This document shows, one piece after another, positions 59,420-64,000 of a DNA stretch of 64,000 bases (the stretch's first letter is position 1; each line of letters begins with the position of its first letter). Both the position numbers and the translations under genes were made by a program. Under the pieces are notes generated by a model. The model had not been told where the DNA came from, did no database searches, and was given only the letters and a program-made list of their open reading frames with translations. Origin of the DNA: Planctomycetota bacterium (GTDB lineage Bacteria > Planctomycetota > UBA1135 > UBA2386); NCBI GenBank assembly GCA_035649575.1, contig DASRJH010000085.1, forward strand, positions 22,970-86,969, in the 5' to 3' direction.

Positions 59420-60067
59420 ATGCGTCGACTGCAATCTGGCTTCACCCTCATCGAGCTGTTGATCGTCATCAGCATCATCAGCCTTCTCGCGGCCGTGTTG
59501 GTGCCCGCGGTCTTCGGTTCGCAGACTGCCGCGTTCGCGCTCGCGGACTCGGCCAACCTCAGGTGGCATGGCCAGCAGCTCGAGCTCTACAAGTTGCAGA
59601 ACAAGCGCGGCCTGCCGATCGAGGGCGGACACAAATTCGTGCTATCGACGTGGACCATCGTCGGCAAGACCGAAGAGAACTTCGACCGCTACTTCACGCC
59701 GGGGCGCCGCGACAACGATCCCGACTATCGCGCGCTGCGTGCGCAGCTCGAGCGCGGCGAGAAGGTATGGGAGGAAGTGAAGAACACGAATTCGCAGGAC
59801 ACGCACTACGCCGGCCGCGCGCGCGAGCATCTGCAGTCCGCGACGAGCGGCGAAGACGAAGCGTGGATGGCGGACGACAACGAAGGCGTCTGGTCGCACG
59901 CGGACGGCACCGTCAACGTGCTGTTCAACGGCGGCATCGTGCGCTCGTACAGCTTCCTCGACATGAAGAGCCGTGGCTTCGTGCAGGGTGAGTTCGACAA
60001 GAACAACCCGATCGAAACCACGGGACCCAACTCGCCGATTCCCGAGTGTCGCAAGCTCGCCAACTGA
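59420..60067 (+). CDS. prepilin-type N-terminal cleavage/methylation protein with an H-X9-DG-like C-terminal motif
   Basis: G|FTLIELLIVISIISLLAA; C-terminal HADGTVNVLFNGG. Confidence 0.85.
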   Translation: MRRLQSGFTLIELLIVISIISLLAAVLVPAVFGSQTAAFALADSANLRWHGQQLELYKLQNKRGLPIEGGHKFVLSTWTIVGKTEENFDRYFTPGRRDNDPDYRALRAQLERGEKVWEEVKNTNSQDTHYAGRAREHLQSATSGEDEAWMADDNEGVWSHADGTVNVLFNGGIVRSYSFLDMKSRGFVQGEFDKNNPIETTGPNSPIPECRKLAN

Positions 60068-60076
60068 GTAGTTTCC

Positions 60077-60119
60077 CATCGCCGCGGGGCGGACGCCTCG
60101 AGCCGCCGCCGCGGCGATG
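60077..60119. terminator. hairpin between convergent genes
   Basis: 11-bp inverted repeat, CATCGCCGCGG...CCGCGGCGATG. Confidence 0.6.
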
Positions 60120-60166
60120 AGTTCTCGGAGCAACCGGCGAGTTACGCGCGCGGCAGCGGCGTCGCG

Positions 60167-61243
60167 CTAGAAGAAGCACATCACGGGTACTGCGTAGGAA
60201 ACGACTCCGGTCGCCCCCGTGTGATCCGTGCTGTTCGCGATCCGGCTCGTCGGGATCGGCAGCGGGCCCGCCGGCGGCGTGACCACCGTCGTCGCGTCGC
60301 TGAACGCCAGATCGGCCGTGACCAGGCTGATCGAGCCCGCCTGACACCACAGCCGGAAGCCCGGGGGCAGGACCGGCAGGCCCTGCAAGCTGCCGTCGTA
60401 GGCGCCCTGGGTGTTCATGACTCCCGGCAGCAGGAACCCGATGTCGGCCGAGCTCCAGATCGTGCAGTCCGGTCGCGTGGGCCACGTGATCGAGCTGATC
60501 GAGGTGCCGAGCATCAGGAAGGGCACCGTCACGCCGGTGCCGGGGTCGCGGACCCCGTCGCGGATCGACACATCGAAGCGCGTGCCGCCGAGCAGGCGCC
60601 AGAGCGTCATCTGCGCAAACGAGGGTGCCGTCTGCCCCGGGGCCGGGCAGCCCAGGCCGGTGCGGAAACCGGGCTGCTCGGCGCGACCGTCGGTGTAGTT
60701 CTCGTGGGCATCGAGGTAGATGCTGAGGTTCTGGTTCTGGCCCGAACCGGACACGTTGCCGAAGATCGTGACGTCGACGCAGAGCGTGCCACCCGCGGGC
60801 GGCACGAGGAACGGCACCTGGTATGGCACGAGCAGCTCGAAGGTCGGTGCCGGATCGGACGGTGGGCGATCGGTGGCCGGGAACACCACGAACGTGCGCG
60901 GCAGCGCGACCGTGGGGTTGCTGCCCTCGTTGATCGCGAACGTCGTCGATGCCTGGTTCGGCAGCCGTGGTGACATCGACAGCTTCACTTCCAGATCGCT
61001 GCTGAAACCGGGCACGATGCCGCGCACGCCGATCGCATCGCGGCGGTAGCCGTGGCCGCTCAGCAGCGTGCCGCCGGGCACGTCGCTGTGCAGTGTCTGC
61101 ATGCGCGCGTCGGCGCGGCCGAGCGGCAGGTGCGTGAACGAGCTGCCTTCGAGGTTCTGTCGATCGGCGGGGGAGACAGCAGGCTGCTGGGCAGCAGCTG
61201 CTGCACACACGAGGTGCGCTACGAGCAAGGTCGAGAGTTGCAT
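60167..61243 (-). CDS. exported beta-rich protein with the shared C-terminal-type domain
   Basis: AAGGA RBS; signal ending AAA|Q; GLGC...PDC...GFRLWCQ...FSD. Confidence 0.78.
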   Translation of the reverse strand: MQLSTLLVAHLVCAAAAAQQPAVSPADRQNLEGSSFTHLPLGRADARMQTLHSDVPGGTLLSGHGYRRDAIGVRGIVPGFSSDLEVKLSMSPRLPNQASTTFAINEGSNPTVALPRTFVVFPATDRPPSDPAPTFELLVPYQVPFLVPPAGGTLCVDVTIFGNVSGSGQNQNLSIYLDAHENYTDGRAEQPGFRTGLGCPAPGQTAPSFAQMTLWRLLGGTRFDVSIRDGVRDPGTGVTVPFLMLGTSISSITWPTRPDCTIWSSADIGFLLPGVMNTQGAYDGSLQGLPVLPPGFRLWCQAGSISLVTADLAFSDATTVVTPPAGPLPIPTSRIANSTDHTGATGVVSYAVPVMCFF

Positions 61244-61403
61244 CGGTGGTTCCTTTGCTGCCGCGGGACCATCCAGCTTGGCAGCGAGGTAGTGGAAATG
61301 CGGGCCGAACTTCCGGCAGAAAATGTCGGCGAGTCGTTGCGGACGGTCGCTGCCCTTCGCTAGCATCTCTGCCCCTCGTCGACCCTGCTCTCACGCGGTG
61401 GGG

Positions 61404-61691
61404 ATGAGCAACCTACAGAAACAGTCGAAGATCGGTTCGAACGCCCTCGGTGCCGGGGTCACTTTGGCTGTGTCGGTTGGGTTGTTTGCCTATGGCGGGC
61501 TGTGGCTCGATGCACAGTGGGGCACCCGACCCTGGATGCTCCTGTTGTGCGTCTGCCTCGGCATGCTCGGTGGCATGCTGCATCTGATCCGCGTGTTGGC
61601 GCCAGAGCTCTGGCCCTTCGGGAGGTTGCCGAAGAACGGCCCATCACCGCCAAAGACACTGCCGCCAAAGACATCACCGCCGAGAAGCTGA
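61404..61691 (+). CDS. AtpZ/AtpI (ATPase gene 1) family small membrane protein
   Basis: GGLWLDAQWGTRPW with two TMs; first gene of the atp operon. Confidence 0.8.
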   Translation: MSNLQKQSKIGSNALGAGVTLAVSVGLFAYGGLWLDAQWGTRPWMLLLCVCLGMLGGMLHLIRVLAPELWPFGRLPKNGPSPPKTLPPKTSPPRS

Positions 61692-61699
61692 ACCCACAG

Positions 61700-62278
61700 A
61701 TGCCCGAGACCTCACCCGCGAACGCCCATCACGGCACGCCAATGTCCGGCACGCCTTCGTGCGCCGTCGACGTGCTGTTGCTCGGCCGGGCGTTCGGCTT
61801 CGCGGTGCTGGTCGTCCTGCTGTTCGCCGCGCCGGTCTGGGCCCTCGGTCTCGTGCCGCAGGACGGTGTCCCGTACTTCGCCGCGGGCATCGGCGCGTCC
61901 TTGGTTGCAGCCTTGCTGGCGATCTGCGTGCATAGCCGTTTCCTCGACGCGCGCGCGCCGGCCGCCCTGGCACACGATGGCCGTTTTCTGGCCGGCCGGC
62001 TGCAGGCGCTGCTCGCCATTGCGTTCGGCGCCAAGCTGGCCGTGCTCGTGCTCGGCGTGGTCGTGCTGCGGCAGGCCGGCGTGAAATTCGAAGCACTTGC
62101 GACCTTTTGCATCACGTTCGCGGCGGTGTCGTTGGTGTGCCAGCTGGCCACCGCGGCCTACCTCTCGCGGGCAATGACCCATCGTGCGAACCGAGCGCCG
62201 GCCGCCCCCCGCAGCGCGGGGACGGAGATCGCTGCAGAACGCAGCGGGCCACCGGCGGAACAGGACCACCAACCCTGA
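61700..62278 (+). CDS. ATP synthase protein I-like four-TM protein
   Basis: Four hydrophobic segments; sits immediately before atpB. Confidence 0.65.
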   Translation: MPETSPANAHHGTPMSGTPSCAVDVLLLGRAFGFAVLVVLLFAAPVWALGLVPQDGVPYFAAGIGASLVAALLAICVHSRFLDARAPAALAHDGRFLAGRLQALLAIAFGAKLAVLVLGVVVLRQAGVKFEALATFCITFAAVSLVCQLATAAYLSRAMTHRANRAPAAPRSAGTEIAAERSGPPAEQDHQP

Positions 62279-62321
62279 GCACTTCGAGCCCAGTTCCAGC
62301 TCGAAGGCCTGACGACCCACC

Positions 62322-63308
62322 ATGCTCTCAGCGCGTTTCCTGATCATTGCCGGCCTGCTTGCATGCCTCGCCACGCCTGCCGTGCGCGCGCAGGAGAACA
62401 AGCATGCGGCCCAGGAGCAGGGCCACGCGCACGCGCCGCGCACGATGGAGATGTCGAACGCCGACATCTTCAATCACCAGTTCTCGCACAGCGTTCCCTA
62501 CGCGATCTTCGAGCCCGGGATCGGGCCGCGCTACGACGGCAACGGCATCGTCGTGGACGGCCACGAACAGAAGGTCTCGTGGCTCACGATCTACAACGTG
62601 CAGCCGTGGCAGTGGGTCTGCCTCGGACTCATGTTCGCGATCTTCCTGCCCGTGCTCGGCAGCTTCCGCAGCGGCCGCGCGAACCGGTTCACGCGCGTGA
62701 TGCGTGGCTTCTGCCACTGGGTCCGCGACGAGATGGTCTACTCGGTGATGGGCAAGGAAGAAGGGCGGGCCTTCGTGCCGCTCTTCATGTTCACGTTCTT
62801 CTTCATCACGTTCCAGAACTCGATCGGGCTGTTGCCGAGCGCGGGCCACACCTTCCCGTTCGCGATCTACACGGCGACCGGCACGCCGTTCGTGACGGTC
62901 TCCCTGGCCGCGGTCACGCTGTCGCTGATGCTGGTCCTCGGCATGAAGAAGAACGGAGTATTCGGCTTCTGGAAGGGCCTCGTGCCGCACGGCGTGCCCC
63001 TGGTGCTCGTGCCGCTGATGTTCGTGATCGAGTTCGTGAGCCTCTGCGTCAAGCCCTTCGCGCTCACCGTTCGTTTGTTCGCGAACATGCTCTCGGGCCA
63101 CCTCGTCATCGCGGCGGCGATCGGCCTCATCTTCCTGTTCGCAAAGATGCAGGCGGGGGCGATCACGTCCTACCTGACCGCGCTGCCGTGCCTGGGCCTC
63201 GCGATCTTCATCTACATCATCGAGGCCTTCGTCACGCTGCTGCAGGCCTACATCTTCACGTTCCTGAGCATCAACTTCATCTACCAGTCGATGCACCAGG
63301 ACCACTAG
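62322..63308 (+). CDS. atpB: F0F1 ATP synthase subunit a
   Basis: FFFITFQNSIGLLP, KPFALTVRLFANMLSGH and LQAYIF. Confidence 0.96.
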   Translation: MLSARFLIIAGLLACLATPAVRAQENKHAAQEQGHAHAPRTMEMSNADIFNHQFSHSVPYAIFEPGIGPRYDGNGIVVDGHEQKVSWLTIYNVQPWQWVCLGLMFAIFLPVLGSFRSGRANRFTRVMRGFCHWVRDEMVYSVMGKEEGRAFVPLFMFTFFFITFQNSIGLLPSAGHTFPFAIYTATGTPFVTVSLAAVTLSLMLVLGMKKNGVFGFWKGLVPHGVPLVLVPLMFVIEFVSLCVKPFALTVRLFANMLSGHLVIAAAIGLIFLFAKMQAGAITSYLTALPCLGLAIFIYIIEAFVTLLQAYIFTFLSINFIYQSMHQDH

Positions 63309-63376
63309 TCCCACACGCGTCCAACTCACTCTTCGAGCTTCCCACTCGTCCACCCTCGCAAGTCACGGAGAACCCA

Positions 63377-63643
63377 ATGCTCGCTTTCTTCCAGGATCCT
63401 GAAATCGTCAAGCTTGTCGCGCAGAACCCCGGCTTGGGCATCGGCGCCGGTCTCGCTGCCGGGCTTGCCGGCGTCGGCGCCGGCATCGGCATCGGCCGCA
63501 TCGGCGGCTCGGCCGGTGAGGGCATCGCGCGCCAGCCCGAAGCCGCCGACGCGATCAAGGGCAACGCGCTGATCTTCGCGGCCTTCGTCGAAGGTGTCGC
63601 GCTGTTCGCGGCGGTCATCGGCCTGATGCTCGCCACCAAGTAG
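63377..63643 (+). CDS. atpE: F0F1 ATP synthase subunit c
   Basis: GAGIGIG, ARQPE loop, and FVEGVALF with the carboxylate Glu. Confidence 0.95.
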   Translation: MLAFFQDPEIVKLVAQNPGLGIGAGLAAGLAGVGAGIGIGRIGGSAGEGIARQPEAADAIKGNALIFAAFVEGVALFAAVIGLMLATK

Positions 63644-63725
63644 TCCCACCTCCTCGTAGTCAAGCTGCTTCTCCATCCGGCGGGCTGACCGCCGGGCCCG
63701 TACCAGTTTCCCATCGGAGGCTCGC

Positions 63726-64000
63726 GTGTCCCTCGCCAGCACCTTGTCGATCCCTCTTGCCGCGGTGACGTCCGTGCCGAGCCAGGACCCGCGTGCCCTG
63801 AGCACGCTGCTCGAGTTTGCACCGGGCGCGATGATCTGGACCTTCCTCGCGTTCGGCATCGGCCTCGTCGCGATGTGGAAGTTCGTCTACGGTCCGATCA
63901 CGAAGGCGCTCGAGGATCGCGACAAGAAGGTCGAGGACTCGATCGCGGCGGCCGAAGCGGCGCGCAAGGAAGCGCAGGCGCAGATGGCGGGTGCGAAGGC
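63726..64000 (+). CDS. atpF: F0F1 ATP synthase subunit b (partial)
   Basis: Manual translation from a GTG after GGAGG: IWTFLAFGIGLVAMWKFVYGPITKALEDRDKKVEDSI; runs off the window. Confidence 0.9.
   Translation, partial: MSLASTLSIPLAAVTSVPSQDPRALSTLLEFAPGAMIWTFLAFGIGLVAMWKFVYGPITKALEDRDKKVEDSIAAAEAARKEAQAQMAGAK

Noticed and set aside
61642..61685. Short tandem repeat at the end of the atpZ-like gene
   Set aside because: Encodes a low-complexity Pro-rich tail (SPPKTLPPKTSPP); no sign of a separate function.

Overview
A GC-rich, densely coding bacterial chromosomal segment with about 56 CDS and one tRNA-Thr(CGT). I found no rRNA, CRISPR array, transposase or phage gene. Gene content suggests a Planctomycetota genome (inference from a prepilin/H-X9-DG-type protein, a prenyltransferase-repeat/TPR/ExbBD operon, and many Sec-exported proteins with a shared C-terminal domain). 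Housekeeping genes: nadD, rsmG, miaA, yidC, gmhB, hutU, cls, rluD, eno, upp, hpt, and the start of the F0F1 atp operon. The main candidate for a new system is an 11.6 kb minus-strand operon (39415-51030). It encodes an ExbB/TolQ subunit, three ExbD/TolR subunits, two exported TPR proteins, membrane-anchored unknown proteins, and a lead protein with a TonB-like His-containing anchor whose C-terminus is a prenyltransferase/squalene-cyclase-type alpha-barrel. Its 3' end carries a tandem duplication with a deletion that created a chimeric gene. Other notable points: a GT2 lacking its DxD motif fused to a FemAB-like domain next to an intact GT2 paralog; a hybrid kinase degenerate in all catalytic motifs; a shared C-terminal domain in exported proteins; a strong Ala-Gln signal-peptide cleavage bias; a decaying 14-bp repeat array growing out of the tRNA 3' end; a halogenase-motif enzyme coupled to a LolA-like protein; an upp / MBL hydrolase / hpt cluster; and paired OmpR-type direct repeats. 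All calls come from manual motif recognition, with no database searches. Many start codons were re-chosen by eye.
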